This document shows positions 9,800 through 19,386 of a stretch of DNA of 64,000 bases, piece by piece; position 1 is the first letter of the stretch, and each line of letters begins with the position of its first letter. Location: assembly GCA_035285865.1 (NCBI GenBank), contig JAYKHS010000014.1, positions 32,001 to 96,000 of the forward strand, written 5' to 3'. The notes below the pieces were generated by a model. The model did no database searches. It was given only the letters and a program-made list of their open reading frames with translations, and was not told where the DNA came from. The stretch comes from Candidatus Sericytochromatia bacterium (GTDB lineage: Bacteria > Cyanobacteriota > Sericytochromatia > S15B-MN24 > VGJW01). A program made the translations under genes and the position numbers.

Positions 9800-11506
9800 A
9801 TGCCTGAAGCCACGGTCCGGGAGCCTGAGGCCACGACCGCGGCCTGGATGGCCCTTATCCGTCCCTACCCGTTGAGGCTGGTCGGGTTAGGTGCCCTGAC
9901 GTGTGCTTCGGCAGCCGTCCAGTTGGCCCTGCTGCCGCAAGCAAGGCGCATGACCGAGGTCTTCCCAGCCCTTGCCGACGGCCGGCCGCACGCCATCCGT
10001 GACCTGCTGCTCTTTCTGGCCGTCCTCGTGGCGCTCTTCGTGGGGCGGAGCCTGCTCACCGCGCTCCTGCAACTGGTCGCTGCCGAGACCGCCGTTCGCG
10101 CGGCCCAGCGCCTGCGCCTCGCAGCCTTCGACGGCTTGCAGCGGCGCAATCTGGCCTGGTTCGACAGCCAGCGGCAGGGTGATCTGGCCGCCCGCCTCGT
10201 GGCCGAGGCCGGGATGATTCGTGAGGCCCTCGGGCTGGCCCTGGCCGACCTGGGGCCCGGGCTGCTGGTGCTCGTTGGCTCGATGGCTTGGCTGGTCTGG
10301 ACCTCGTGGAGCCTTGCGGCGGCCGTACTGCTCGGACTGCCCGTGGTCTCAGGCCTTCTGGCCCTATTCTCCCGATCCCTTCGGCGCTGGTCCCTCGCCG
10401 CGCAGGACCAGGGCGGTCTGCTGACGGCCCGGGTCGTCGAGCATCTGCGCCAGATGCCCGTGGTCAGGGCCCACGGACAGGAGCAGCGTGCCCTCGAGGC
10501 TTTTCGGGCGGACAGCGAACGCCAGTGGGGCTACTGGCGGCGTGCCTTGCGGGTCCAGGCTTTCCAGCTGCCGACCGTGGCCCTCGTCCAGATGCTGGCC
10601 ATATGCGCCGTCCTTGCGTGGGGTGGCCTCGAGGTGGCACGCGGACACATGACTCTGGGGGACATGCTCTCCTTCGGGGCGGCACTGGGCTTGTGCGTCG
10701 ATCCGGTCCTCCAGGTCACGCAGGCGTGGGGACGGCTGCAACAGGCCGCAGGCGCGCTTGGACGACTGACCGAGTTGGCGCGTGTCCCCGAGTCAGAGGC
10801 CGAGCCCGTGGGTGGGCTGCGATGGGATGGTGCGCTCGAGTCCTTGGCCTTGCGTGGTGTCACCTATGCCTATCCCGATGGCGAGGGGAATCTGGGACCT
10901 TTCGACCTGGAGATTCCTGTCGGGGGTCTGACGGTGCTGACCGGGCCTTCGGGCGTTGGCAAGAGCACGCTGCTTGCCTTGCTGCTGGGACTCAGAGTGC
11001 CCACGGATGGACGGGTCGAGGTCAACGGAACGGATCTCGGCCTGCTGGACCGGGTCGATTGGCGTCGGCATCTGGCGTGGGTGCCGCAGGACCCTCTCAT
11101 CCGTCAGGGGACGGTTCGGGACAACCTCGTCGAAGACGCGGGACCGTTGCCCGACCATGTCCTTGAGGAGGCGCTCGCAACGGCTGGCGCATCGGCTTTC
11201 GTCGCATCGCTGCCCAAGGGTCTGGACACGCTGCTCGGAGATGGGGGCAGCGGATTGTCCGGTGGTCAGCGGCAGCGTCTCGCGCTGGCCCGCGCCGTAT
11301 GCCGGCAGCCCCGCCTGCTGGTGCTCGACGAGGCGACCAGTGCCGTGGACGAGCTCCTCGAGGAAGACATTGTCCAGCGGGTGGCTGCACTCAAGGGAAA
11401 GACGACCGTGGTGGTGGTGACGCATCGGCCGGCATGGGTGGCCGTGGCGGATCGCGCCCTTCGGCTGGAGCGTGGGTCAGCGCCAGAAGCAACCCCAACT
11501 CGCTGA
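9800..11506 (+). CDS. MsbA-like ABC exporter (TMD + NBD)
   Basis: TM helices; Walker A GPSGVGKST, LSGGQRQ, LLVLDEATSA, H-loop VTHR. Confidence 0.9.
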   Translation: MPEATVREPEATTAAWMALIRPYPLRLVGLGALTCASAAVQLALLPQARRMTEVFPALADGRPHAIRDLLLFLAVLVALFVGRSLLTALLQLVAAETAVRAAQRLRLAAFDGLQRRNLAWFDSQRQGDLAARLVAEAGMIREALGLALADLGPGLLVLVGSMAWLVWTSWSLAAAVLLGLPVVSGLLALFSRSLRRWSLAAQDQGGLLTARVVEHLRQMPVVRAHGQEQRALEAFRADSERQWGYWRRALRVQAFQLPTVALVQMLAICAVLAWGGLEVARGHMTLGDMLSFGAALGLCVDPVLQVTQAWGRLQQAAGALGRLTELARVPESEAEPVGGLRWDGALESLALRGVTYAYPDGEGNLGPFDLEIPVGGLTVLTGPSGVGKSTLLALLLGLRVPTDGRVEVNGTDLGLLDRVDWRRHLAWVPQDPLIRQGTVRDNLVEDAGPLPDHVLEEALATAGASAFVASLPKGLDTLLGDGGSGLSGGQRQRLALARAVCRQPRLLVLDEATSAVDELLEEDIVQRVAALKGKTTVVVVTHRPAWVAVADRALRLERGSAPEATPTR

Positions 11507-12599
11507 AGAAGAGGATGCTGTTGCGCCCCTCGGCGAGCGTGAACTCGAAGACTCCCATCACCAGATAGCCCACCACGCCCGAGGCCAGAGCGGCCACAAG
11601 GGCTCCGTCCGGTCCCTGGCGCACGACCTCGACGGCTCTGCGGATGACGCTCAGCACCATCAGGATGAAGGCCACCAGCATGGGCAGGCCGTATTCGGCT
11701 GCGAGGTGCAGGAAGACGGAATGGGCATGGGACAGGTGCTCGAACTCGTCGGGATAGCGGAATCTCGGGTAGATGACCGGCCACGTTCCGGGGCCCCAGC
11801 CCGTCCAGGGGCGGGCCTGAACCATGTCCATGGCAGCGGCCCAGACCAACCTGTGCCCCTCGTTGCTGACGACCCCGGGTTCGATCACGCTGTGCAGCCG
11901 AGGCGCCCAGATCGGCAGGGACAGAAGCAGACAGGCGGCGAGGACCCCGAGGATGACGAGCGTCGTCTTGCGCGCTTCCTGTCGTTCCCGGGCCGGCACA
12001 AGGGCATGCCGCAGCACCAGCAGCACCGGCAATACGGCCGCTGCACCAATCCACGCCGAGCGCGAGCGTGTCAGCAACAGGCCCAGGCCGAGGATGCCGA
12101 AAGCCAGCGCGGTCCGCCACGGACGTCTCGGCCAGAGTGTCGTGGCCAGCGGACCGATTAGCATCAGGTAACCGGCGAGGACATTGGGATGGAAGAACAC
12201 CGAGTTCAATCGCCCGTCCTCGGTTCCGAGCCGGATCTCGCCGGGGCCGATCGGGATGACCGCATGCCAGCCAGCGAAAACCACGGCGATGCCGACAAGG
12301 ACCCAGGGCACCAGCCCCCAGAAGAGGGCCGTGAGCCAGCGCTGGCGCCATTCCTGTCGGCGCAACAGATGGCCGCAGGTCCACGTGATCGCGAGGTAGG
12401 CGATGGCGATTGGCAGTGCCAGCCACGAACGTTCAGGATGACTCGAACATGCCACTGACAGCAGAGTCGCCCCGACCAGCCATAGCCAAGACCGGCCGAC
12501 CGGATGGGGCCCGAGGGGGACGCGCATTCGGCGCCACCAAAGGGTGCCTGCGGCGGCCAACAGGCACAGGGCCGAGAGAGCAGGCAATATCGGCAGCAA
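11391..12599 (-). CDS. O-antigen ligase family (Wzy_C) membrane protein
   Basis: RLNSVFFHPNVLAG, LLTRSRSAW, PWTGWGPG, HAHSVFL; the frame stays open upstream so the start may be earlier. Confidence 0.85.
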   Translation of the reverse strand: MLPILPALSALCLLAAAGTLWWRRMRVPLGPHPVGRSWLWLVGATLLSVACSSHPERSWLALPIAIAYLAITWTCGHLLRRQEWRQRWLTALFWGLVPWVLVGIAVVFAGWHAVIPIGPGEIRLGTEDGRLNSVFFHPNVLAGYLMLIGPLATTLWPRRPWRTALAFGILGLGLLLTRSRSAWIGAAAVLPVLLVLRHALVPARERQEARKTTLVILGVLAACLLLSLPIWAPRLHSVIEPGVVSNEGHRLVWAAAMDMVQARPWTGWGPGTWPVIYPRFRYPDEFEHLSHAHSVFLHLAAEYGLPMLVAFILMVLSVIRRAVEVVRQGPDGALVAALASGVVGYLVMGVFEFTLAEGRNSILFFSELGLLLALTHAPAEGRDPPRPPMPADASPPPRSSFP

Positions 12600-12619
12600 C
12601 CAGGCCGCGGCAAGCAGCA

Positions 12620-12654
12620 GGAACCCCGGCCCCCTGAGGGGGGAGCCGGGTTCC
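12620..12654. terminator. GC-rich hairpin downstream of the carboxypeptidase gene
   Basis: ggaaccccggcccc-tga-gggggagccgggttcc imperfect inverted repeat; no clear U-tract. Confidence 0.35.
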
Positions 12655-12691
12655 GGTAGGGGTGCCGTCAGCGGGGGGACGACCTGATACC

Positions 12692-13924
12692 TCAGAGCCT
12701 TGCGGCGGCGGCGCGGGGATCGGCCGAGATGTCGATCAGGTAGAGCAGGTTCTCACGCCACTCGTTCCAATCCTCGTCCACCTCGCGGTAGGGAGCGCTG
12801 AAGCCGGAGTCGTTGAGTTCGACGCCGAAGGCGATCGTGCCGTGCTTGACGTACTGCCAGGTCGAGAAGTCGCCGTAGGTGTTGTAGAGCGTCCGCGAGA
12901 TCGAGCCGGCGCGGTAGCGGATGGGCTTGGCCATCTTGTCGGCAAGCTTCTGGTAGGTGACTTCGTCCTTGGTCTTCTCCTTCGAGAAACCGAAGGGCCA
13001 CAGGACCATGCCACCGTAGTTGTGGATGTCCACCGACACGTTGAACTTCTTCATCTCGAAAACCTTGGCCATGACCTGGGTCTCGGGCTCGGAGTTCGCA
13101 GCCGTGCCGTGGTAGTCGTCGGCCGAGCCGCGGTTGTTGCCCTGGGTCCAGTGGTCGTCGTAGTTGCGGTTGATGTCGACGCCCTGCGAGCCGTCGGCAT
13201 TGCGGCGCATGTTCTTGCGCCACCAGGCATCGCCGGACTCGACGTTCTTGCGACCGTCCGGATTGACCACCGGCACGACCCAGATGTCGCGGGTGTCGAT
13301 CAGGCGCGTGATGCGCTCGTCCTTGCCGTAGTTGCTCAGCAGGTGGCTGACCAGCCTGAAGCTGACCTCGACAGGAGGCAGCTCGCGGGCGTGGTGGCCC
13401 GAGTCGATGAGGATGCCGGGCAGGTTGGCTTCAGGCTTGGAGGTGATGCGGATGACGATGATGTCATTGCCCTGCAGCGACTTGCCGAGGGTCTGGATGC
13501 GGGCGATGCCCGGAGCGGCCTCGACGAGCTTGCGGTAGTCGGCGTAGAGCGAGTCCACCGTGTGGTAGCCGGCCATGTAGGAACCGGTGATGGCCTCTAC
13601 CTGCGCAGGACGCTGAAGCACTTGGTACGTCAGGCCGGCGCGACGCAGGGCCGCCTCGTCCCGAGCCGTCACGGTGCCATCCACGGTGCCGGCCTGCATG
13701 TCGACGTTCTCGAAGAGGTCCAGGCCCAGCTTGGCCAGCGTCTCGAGCTGGCGATCATCGCGGAATCGGATGCGAACGACCTGACGCTCGCCCTGCTGGA
13801 ACGAAGCGTAGGAGCGGACGCTGCGGGTCCCCTGCGTGCCCAGACGGCCCTCGGAGGTGGGCTGGCCGCAGCCGGCAGTGGCGGCAACCATCATGGCAAG
13901 CGCTGCGGCGAAGGATTTTTTCAC
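12692..13924 (-). CDS. M14 zinc carboxypeptidase (carboxypeptidase T-like), probable lipoprotein
   Basis: Lipobox-like TAGC; HHARE, PVVNPDG, WRKN, GVDINRN, SEPET, DIHNYG, terminal VEL. Confidence 0.9.
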   Translation of the reverse strand: MKKSFAAALAMMVAATAGCGQPTSEGRLGTQGTRSVRSYASFQQGERQVVRIRFRDDRQLETLAKLGLDLFENVDMQAGTVDGTVTARDEAALRRAGLTYQVLQRPAQVEAITGSYMAGYHTVDSLYADYRKLVEAAPGIARIQTLGKSLQGNDIIVIRITSKPEANLPGILIDSGHHARELPPVEVSFRLVSHLLSNYGKDERITRLIDTRDIWVVPVVNPDGRKNVESGDAWWRKNMRRNADGSQGVDINRNYDDHWTQGNNRGSADDYHGTAANSEPETQVMAKVFEMKKFNVSVDIHNYGGMVLWPFGFSKEKTKDEVTYQKLADKMAKPIRYRAGSISRTLYNTYGDFSTWQYVKHGTIAFGVELNDSGFSAPYREVDEDWNEWRENLLYLIDISADPRAAAARL

Positions 13925-14037
13925 GGTGTCTCCGGGGACGGTGGGGGGTGAAACCGATTTTACCCTTGCTTAATCGTTCCTTGGCTTCGGGAACTTGCGT
14001 GATTCGCGAAGAATCCGTGAACTTTCCGGGTGGTACG

Positions 14038-16221
14038 ATGGACCTGATGGCCAGGCATGAGGCGCTGTATCGCAAGTACCGTCCCCAGACCTTCGGGGAT
14101 CTGGAGGGCCAGGACCCCATCAGCAGGACCCTGCGCAACGAGATCCGCCAGGGCCGCCTGACCCACGCCTACCTCTTCACCGGCCCGCGCGGCACGGGCA
14201 AGACAACCACCGCGCGCCTGTTGGCCAAGGCGCTCAACTGCGTCGGCGGTCCCGCGGAGGAACGGCAGGGTGCCGATCCTTGCGGACGCTGCTCCGCGTG
14301 TCGGGCCATCGAGGACAAGAGTCACCTCGACGTCATCGAGATCGACGCTGCCTCGAACCGAGGTCTCGAGCACATCCAGGAACTGCAGCAGCGGACGCGG
14401 CTCGCCCCGCTCCAGGGACAGGCCAAGGTCTTCATCGTGGACGAGGTCCACATGCTCACGGATGCGGCGTGGAACGCGCTGCTCAAGACGCTCGAGGAGC
14501 CTCCGGCCCACTGCACCTTCATCCTGGCGACCACCGAGGTCCACAAGGTTCTGCCCACGGTGGTCTCGCGCTGCCAGCGCTTCGATTTCCGGCGCATTCC
14601 GCTGGCCGACCTGACGGGTCGGCTCGCCCATGTGGCGGAGTGCGAGCGGATCGTGCCGGACGCACCCGCCCTGGCCGAGTTGGCGCGCCGAGCGGACGGT
14701 GGCTTGCGTGATGGCCTCTCCCTCCTCGAGCAGGTCGCGGCCACCGTCGAACCTGACGAGCAGGGGTTCCGGCACCTCTCGGCGAGCACCGTGGCAGAGG
14801 CTCTTGGCCTGGTCTCCGAAGACACGGTGCTGACGCTGGGCGACCGTCTGCTCGAGGGCGATGTCGTCGGTGCGATGCAGGCTGCTCGCGATATTCTTGC
14901 CGCGGGTCATGATCACCGCGCGATTCTGCGCGAGTTGCTGGCGTGGACGCGTGACCTCGTCCTGGTGCGCCTGGCGCCAGATGCCGTGAGCACGGAGGTT
15001 CGCGGGCAAGTGGTTCGGGATCGGCTTTTGGCTCAGGCGGCACGGGCTCCGGAGGCCGTCACGGATGCATTTCTCGCCATCCTGCGCGAGACCGACGGCA
15101 TCATGCGCGGCACGCCGCAGTGGCAGGTATGGCTTGAGGTCGCCCTGCTGCGGATGAGTCGCCCGCTCGCGGCAGCCCCCGGTCGCGCGGACCACGTCGC
15201 AAGCGGTCCTGACCCGCGCGTGACCGTACTGGAGTCCAGGCTCGAGGCGCTCGAGCGTCGTCTGGCGGCACAGGCTTCCTCCGGGTCTTCGCCCGCCTCC
15301 TCGCAGGTTGCGCCGCCGCAGTCTGCCCCACCGCAGCGTGCTGTTCAACCTGCCGCTCCCCCGCAGGAACTGCCCCCGGCGCCTCGGGAAGAAGGCCCCG
15401 GGCGGGAACCCGCTCCTGCTGCCGGCTCCCCGCTGCCTCCCGTGGCGGGCGATGAGGGTGGGGCTTTCGGTGAGGCCCTGCGCCAGGACCGGGCCCGGGA
15501 GGTCGTTCCCCGTCCTGCGGTGCCGCCGCCGTCCGCTCGGCCCGCGCCAGCCCCGTCCGCGCCGGAACCGGCAGGCGAGGACGTTCGTAACCTGGTCGGC
15601 GATGCCATTCGTCGGGGCATGCATTCGCGGCGTTCGGCGATCCTGCTGGGCTCGTTGCAGGCGGCGACGTGGGATGCGGTGGCCAACAAGGTCATGCTGA
15701 CGCTCGACAAGGAGATCGATGCCTACAAGGAGGGCATGGAAGGCCGGCAGGAGCTGGAGCAGGTCATCCGGGGCTGTTTCCGGGCCGATACGCACGTCGC
15801 GTTGCTGGCCTGGCGGCAGGGACGAGGGACTCCCGGGCGTTCGCCTGCTGCAGCGCGACCCGCCTCGCCACCTCCTGCCGCTGCAAGACCGACTCCGCCT
15901 GCCCCCACCGTGCGTTCGGAGGCATTCGCCCCGGCCGTCTCGCCGACTTCGTCCGCGCCCGGCGGTTCGAACGGTTTGTCCGGGCAATCTCCCTCGCCCG
16001 CCGCGGGCGACAGTTTCGTCGCCGTTGCGGAGCACGGAGCCTCGCCAGGCGTTCCGGGCCCGGAAGACTTCGATGCAGAGGCGCCTGTCGCCGAAGGACC
16101 GCCTGCGGAGCGCAGCGTCGATGCGCCGATGCTCCCTTCCGGGGCAGACCTCGCAGGCGATCCCGAGGCCACGGTGGCGTTGGCGGCCGATATTTTCCTC
16201 GGCCGGATCATCCGGGGCTGA
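14038..16221 (+). CDS. dnaX: DNA polymerase III subunit gamma/tau
   Basis: LYRKYRPQTF, GPRGTGKTT, CGRCSAC, EIDAASN, DEVHML, SRCQRF; long Pro/Ala-rich C-terminus. Confidence 0.95.
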   Translation: MDLMARHEALYRKYRPQTFGDLEGQDPISRTLRNEIRQGRLTHAYLFTGPRGTGKTTTARLLAKALNCVGGPAEERQGADPCGRCSACRAIEDKSHLDVIEIDAASNRGLEHIQELQQRTRLAPLQGQAKVFIVDEVHMLTDAAWNALLKTLEEPPAHCTFILATTEVHKVLPTVVSRCQRFDFRRIPLADLTGRLAHVAECERIVPDAPALAELARRADGGLRDGLSLLEQVAATVEPDEQGFRHLSASTVAEALGLVSEDTVLTLGDRLLEGDVVGAMQAARDILAAGHDHRAILRELLAWTRDLVLVRLAPDAVSTEVRGQVVRDRLLAQAARAPEAVTDAFLAILRETDGIMRGTPQWQVWLEVALLRMSRPLAAAPGRADHVASGPDPRVTVLESRLEALERRLAAQASSGSSPASSQVAPPQSAPPQRAVQPAAPPQELPPAPREEGPGREPAPAAGSPLPPVAGDEGGAFGEALRQDRAREVVPRPAVPPPSARPAPAPSAPEPAGEDVRNLVGDAIRRGMHSRRSAILLGSLQAATWDAVANKVMLTLDKEIDAYKEGMEGRQELEQVIRGCFRADTHVALLAWRQGRGTPGRSPAAARPASPPPAAARPTPPAPTVRSEAFAPAVSPTSSAPGGSNGLSGQSPSPAAGDSFVAVAEHGASPGVPGPEDFDAEAPVAEGPPAERSVDAPMLPSGADLAGDPEATVALAADIFLGRIIRG

Positions 16222-16278
16222 CGTTTGCCCCGCCAACTCAGGCAAGGTCGTCAGCCCGGCCGCAGGACAAGCCAGCGG

Positions 16279-17328
16279 ATGGCGATGCCGTCATGGAGCC
16301 TGTGGCTGGCGGGTGTCCTGGCCTCGCTCGCCCTCGTCGCGGTGCTTGTCGGCGCTTTCGCCTCGGCCTGCGCCCCGATGGATGCTGAGGATGACGAGGC
16401 CGTGTTCGTCGATCTCAGGCAGGGCGAGGGGCCCAGTGCCCTTGCAGGTCGCCTTGCGGCCGAGCGTCTGATTCGCAGTGGTCTGGCCTTTCGGCTGGCG
16501 GCACGCTTCTCCGCATCGCCCCAGCGCTGGCGGGCCGGACACTATCGCCTCAAGCGGTCGATGGACGTCCCCGAGATGCTGGCCATGCTGGACGCTGCGC
16601 AGCCCATCCCGCGGCGCCTGACGGTGCCGGAAGGGACGGACCTCCCGGGGCTTGTCGCGCGCCTGATGCGCGAAGCCGGTCATGATGCCGCCACTTGGGG
16701 GGGCCTCTGCCGTGCGCCCCATCGCTTCGCGGCTGGCCGACCCTGGCTCGCGGACCTCGGTGCGGATGCGACTCTGGAGGGTTACCTTTTCCCGGATACC
16801 TACGACCTGCCGGAGCAGACCGGACGGCCCGAGGTGCTCCTGGGCAGGATGCTGGACCGTTTCGGGCAAGTGGCGTGGCCCTTGCTGCGGCTCGGGGGGC
16901 ATGGACTCACGCCGCGCGAGGTGCTGGTTCTCGCCTCGATCGTCGAACGAGAGGCCGTGCGTGCCGAGGAGCGTCCCCTGATTGCCGGCGTCTTTCTCGG
17001 GCGCCTTGCGGTCGGCATGCCCCTGGGGTCCGATCCGACGGTCGAGTATGTCCTCGGTTTCCGGCAGACGGTGGACCGGCCACTGACTCGAAAGGACATT
17101 GCGGTGGACAGTCCTTGGAACACCTACAGGGTCAAGGGTCTGCCGCCCGGACCCATCTGCAATCCGGGCGTTGCGAGCATCCGTGCCGTCCTTGCGGCCG
17201 GACGCACCGACCTGCGCTATTTCGTCGCCCGTGGAGACGGGAGCCACGTATTCAGTCGCACGCACGCGGAGCATCGCGCGGCCGTTCGCGCCGTTCGTTC
17301 GCGCCGCAAGGCCGCTACTGCGGGCTGA
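16279..17328 (+). CDS. mltG: Endolytic transglycosylase MltG
   Basis: N-terminal TM, TVPEG, LEGYLFPDTY, LASIVERE, SDPTV, SPWNTY, GLPPGPICNPG. Confidence 0.93.
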   Translation: MAMPSWSLWLAGVLASLALVAVLVGAFASACAPMDAEDDEAVFVDLRQGEGPSALAGRLAAERLIRSGLAFRLAARFSASPQRWRAGHYRLKRSMDVPEMLAMLDAAQPIPRRLTVPEGTDLPGLVARLMREAGHDAATWGGLCRAPHRFAAGRPWLADLGADATLEGYLFPDTYDLPEQTGRPEVLLGRMLDRFGQVAWPLLRLGGHGLTPREVLVLASIVEREAVRAEERPLIAGVFLGRLAVGMPLGSDPTVEYVLGFRQTVDRPLTRKDIAVDSPWNTYRVKGLPPGPICNPGVASIRAVLAAGRTDLRYFVARGDGSHVFSRTHAEHRAAVRAVRSRRKAATAG

Positions 17329-18430
17329 CCTGCCGGCTCCAGGTCTCCGGATACTCTGCCCAGTCGACGTGGGCCGCTTCCGGGACGATCTCGAGCGGGT
17401 TGCGGGCGTCGATCATGACGGCCTGTTCGTCGGTCTCGTGCTTGAGGTGCTGGTTCGCCAGAGCCTTGGGGTGGGGACCATGGTGGATGCCGTAGGGGTG
17501 GTAGGTGACCCAGCCGGCCCGGATGCCGTCCCGACTGAAGAAGTTGCCGTCGTGATAGAAGATGACCTCGTCGAAGTCCGTGTTGCGATGGAAGAACGGG
17601 ACGCGCAGTGCCTCTGGGTCTCCGGTCTCGAGCGGGCGTGGCAGGAACGAGCAGATGACGAAGTTCTGGGCCAGGAAGGTCGTGTGCACCGACGGTGGCA
17701 GGTGGTAGCGCGGCGAGACCACGGGCCGGATATCGCGCACGTTCAGTTGCCAGACCGTGGCATCGCCCTTCCACGCCACGACGTCCAGCGGGTGGAAGGG
17801 ATACCAGACGGATGTGAGGGTGCCCCTGCGGCGGATCAGCACCTCGAACTCTCCGGTCTCCTGATGGGCTTCGGGTTCGGGCGTGCGGATGACCCCCGGG
17901 TCGAACAGGGCATGGGGGCCCAGCATGCCGCGTTCGGGCAAGCGGATCTCCGTGGCTGACGCGATGACGAGTTGCATCTGTTCGACGCCTGCATCAGGCA
18001 CCCAGCGATGGGTGATGCCCCGGGGGATGACCAGATAGTCCCCCTTTGCGTAGCGCAGCGGGCCGAAGTCCGTCTCCAGCAGGCCCGTGCCCTGATGGAC
18101 GAAGTGGACCAGATCGCAGTCGGCATCGCGGAACCAGAAGGGCATGGCCTCCTGCCGGCGGGACACGGCCAGTGTGACGTCGGCATTGCGCAAAAAAGGC
18201 TGGGGCAGGCCGCGCACGTCGGCGTGGTCGGCAGGAATAAGCGCTGCCACGTTCAAGGCTCTGGGCCGTGTCGGACCCTCGATGCGCGTCCAGCACGTGG
18301 GCGCGTTGCGGTGGTAGAGGTGTGTGGCCCGCCCGAAGAAGCCGCTACGGCCGTACTCCTCCTCGAAGGTGCCCTCGGGCAGGTTCACGTGCGCCTGCAG
18401 CGGGGCTCCGCCCTTGTTGATCGGGAACAT
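17315..18430 (-). CDS. hmgA: Homogentisate 1,2-dioxygenase
   Basis: EEEYGRSGFFG, HPLDVVAWKG, HLPPSVHTTF, PFFHRNTDFDEV, HPYGIHHGPHP. Confidence 0.9.
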   Translation of the reverse strand: MFPINKGGAPLQAHVNLPEGTFEEEYGRSGFFGRATHLYHRNAPTCWTRIEGPTRPRALNVAALIPADHADVRGLPQPFLRNADVTLAVSRRQEAMPFWFRDADCDLVHFVHQGTGLLETDFGPLRYAKGDYLVIPRGITHRWVPDAGVEQMQLVIASATEIRLPERGMLGPHALFDPGVIRTPEPEAHQETGEFEVLIRRRGTLTSVWYPFHPLDVVAWKGDATVWQLNVRDIRPVVSPRYHLPPSVHTTFLAQNFVICSFLPRPLETGDPEALRVPFFHRNTDFDEVIFYHDGNFFSRDGIRAGWVTYHPYGIHHGPHPKALANQHLKHETDEQAVMIDARNPLEIVPEAAHVDWAEYPETWSRQVSPQ

Positions 18431-18503
18431 CGGGGTCTTCCTCGGTCGTTCTGGCGACCGGTCCTCGGCGATCGGTCCTCGAGGCCCATGGTACCATCGG
18501 CCC

Positions 18504-19364
18504 ATGACGGCTCCCCGACTGCCGGACGCACCTGGACCCGAGGCCATGACCTACGGGGACTACCTCAAGATCCGCGAGATGCTTGAGCTGCAGCAGCCCC
18601 AGTCCGATCCGCCCCATCACGACGAACTGCTGTTCATCGTCATCCATCAGGCCTATGAGCTCTGGTTCAAGCTCATGCTGCACGAACTGGACGTGGCCAT
18701 GGCGTGCATGGCCGAGGGCAAGGTTCTGCGGGCCCATCACTTCATGAAGCGGGTGACGCGCGTCCAGGACCTGCTCCTGCACCAGATTCACGTCCTCGAG
18801 ACCATGTCGCCGCAGGAGTTTGCCGAGTTCCGGGACATCCTTCGGCCGGCGAGCGGGTTCCAGTCGCTGCAGTTCCGCGAGATCGAATTCCTTGCCGGCC
18901 TGCGTGACGAGGCCTACATGAAGTTCTTTGCCCAGCGGCCCGAGATGCAGCAGGGTCTCAAGGACTACGGCAGCCGCCGGACGATTTGGGAAGGATTCGT
19001 CGATGTCCTTGCCCGACGCTTCCCCGGCATGTCGCAGGAGGACGCCCTCGAGGCCCTGTACCGAAACTACGAGGCCAATGTCGACCTGTACATGCTCGCC
19101 GAGTCACTGGTCGATTTCGATGCCCTCCTGGCCCAGTGGCGCTACCATCACGTGATGGTGGTCTCCCGGATCATCGGTGACCTGCCCGGTACCGGTGGTT
19201 CCGAGGGTGTGGCCTATCTGAAGACCACCCTCGAGCGTCGGGCCTTCCCCTTGCTCTGGCAGGTCCGCTCCCATCTGGGAGACGGTCTTGCGGGATGGTC
19301 CGCATCCGCGCCTGCACCCCGACGCGACGGGCCTTCGGGCGGAGGCTGCCCGCTGGGCCACTGA
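18504..19364 (+). CDS. kynA: Tryptophan 2,3-dioxygenase
   Basis: YGDYL, HDELLFIVIHQAYELWFK, ASGFQSLQFR, GTGGSEG. Confidence 0.95.
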   Translation: MTAPRLPDAPGPEAMTYGDYLKIREMLELQQPQSDPPHHDELLFIVIHQAYELWFKLMLHELDVAMACMAEGKVLRAHHFMKRVTRVQDLLLHQIHVLETMSPQEFAEFRDILRPASGFQSLQFREIEFLAGLRDEAYMKFFAQRPEMQQGLKDYGSRRTIWEGFVDVLARRFPGMSQEDALEALYRNYEANVDLYMLAESLVDFDALLAQWRYHHVMVVSRIIGDLPGTGGSEGVAYLKTTLERRAFPLLWQVRSHLGDGLAGWSASAPAPRRDGPSGGGCPLGH

Positions 19365-19386
19365 CCGGTCACGGTCGGTTCGCGCT

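Noticed and set aside
15170..16221. Programmed frameshift or repeat array in the dnaX tail
   Set aside because: No obvious A-rich slippery heptamer; the Pro/Ala-rich linker is ordinary low complexity
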